Assembly (NCBI RefSeq): GCF_024721015.1
Contig: NZ_JANAIF010000027.1
Coordinates: 1-32,000 of the forward strand
Direction of reading: 5' to 3'
Origin: Xenorhabdus bovienii
GTDB lineage: Bacteria; Pseudomonadota; Gammaproteobacteria; Enterobacterales; Enterobacteriaceae
DNA: 32,000 nucleotides
Part shown: positions 31,567 through 32,000 of the stretch, piece after piece
Position numbering within the stretch: the first letter of the stretch is position 1
Layout of the letters: each line of letters opens with the position of its first letter
Notes under the pieces: generated by a model
Told to the model about the DNA's origin: nothing
Database searches by the model: none
Seen by the model: only the letters and a program-made list of their open reading frames with translations
Translations under genes and position numbers: made by a program

Positions 31567-31852
31567 AAATCACCTGTTTTAGTATTACCTGCCCCTCGTC
31601 ATCAGGATCGCCAGCAATCGGTAGCCCTATAAGAGGATTTGCTCGCGCAAATGCTCTTAGTTCATTAAGATTTTCATCCATAACTCTATTGTAGGTATCA
31701 CAGATGAATTGTTGAAGAGACTGATTAAACGTTGCCCCAGAATGGTCACAGCACAAAGAGAATGACCCACAGGCCAAACATTGTTTAGCTGGTTCACCAT
31801 CATTATCGGCAAAAGATAATTCATTGCATTGTTTACATCGCATAACAGACAT
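31553..31852 (-). CDS. Zinc-ribbon protein (99 aa)
   Basis: CKQC...CLAC near the N-terminus. Confidence 0.5.
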   Translation of the reverse strand: MSVMRCKQCNELSFADNDGEPAKQCLACGSFSLCCDHSGATFNQSLQQFICDTYNRVMDENLNELRAFARANPLIGLPIAGDPDDEGQVILKQVIYVNK

Positions 31853-32000
31853 TGTTTACTCCTCCTTTACTGTATCTGCGTTTGCAGCAAAATATTTGCA
31901 TATCCTTTCATTTTTATAACGCATGAATATGTTTGAAAGATAGAATGGAAAACCATTACAAAGTATTTTTAAAAAAAGATAACTCAGTGAAGACAAAATA

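Overview
This window reads as part of a mobilisable, iteron-type plasmid. It is AT-rich with short GC-rich islands and is probably gammaproteobacterial, but I cannot assign a host. I saw no rRNA, tRNA, CRISPR array, transposase or T4SS genes.

Layout from left to right:
- 1-698: 5' part of a YadA-like trimeric autotransporter adhesin gene (minus strand).
- 1123-2911: an 850-bp tandem duplication carrying a small LuxR/GerE regulator and a lipoprotein gene.
- 3127-4700: Rep_3 initiator with a 22-bp iteron origin.
- 4725-5814: PemI/PemK (MazEF-like) toxin-antitoxin pair bracketed by near-perfect 76-bp inverted repeats.
- 5.8-12.4 kb: a plus-strand block of leading-region-type genes (ArdC-N/DUF3560 protein, ParB-like protein, HTH, small unknowns). 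Each gene is preceded by copies of one repeated GC-rich module + promoter + operator-like palindrome + RBS cassette.
- 12454-14415: a minus-strand three-gene operon (52-aa acidic protein, HTH protein, solitary Cse1/Cas8e-like protein).
- 14807-15458: HigB/HigA-like pair.
- 15651-17829: StbABC-like operon with 11-bp phased ATGCTTTA repeats.
- 17870-21875: candidate oriT, MobC, and a 1179-aa MobA/VirD2-type relaxase containing a protein-like overlapping ORF.
- 22147-23333: ParA/ParG-like partition locus with TGATTAATCA sites.
- 23934-24577: decayed SprT-like pseudogene.
- 24.7-31.9 kb: a very AT-rich minus-strand array of small membrane, secreted and acidic proteins that share leader sequences and hairpins.

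The most interesting candidates are (1) the orphan Cas8e-like gene in an acr/aca-like operon, with no other cas genes or array in the window, and (2) the repeated cassette system upstream of genes that point toward oriT, which resembles CUP or Frpo elements. All functional calls come from by-eye motif recognition. No database search was run.
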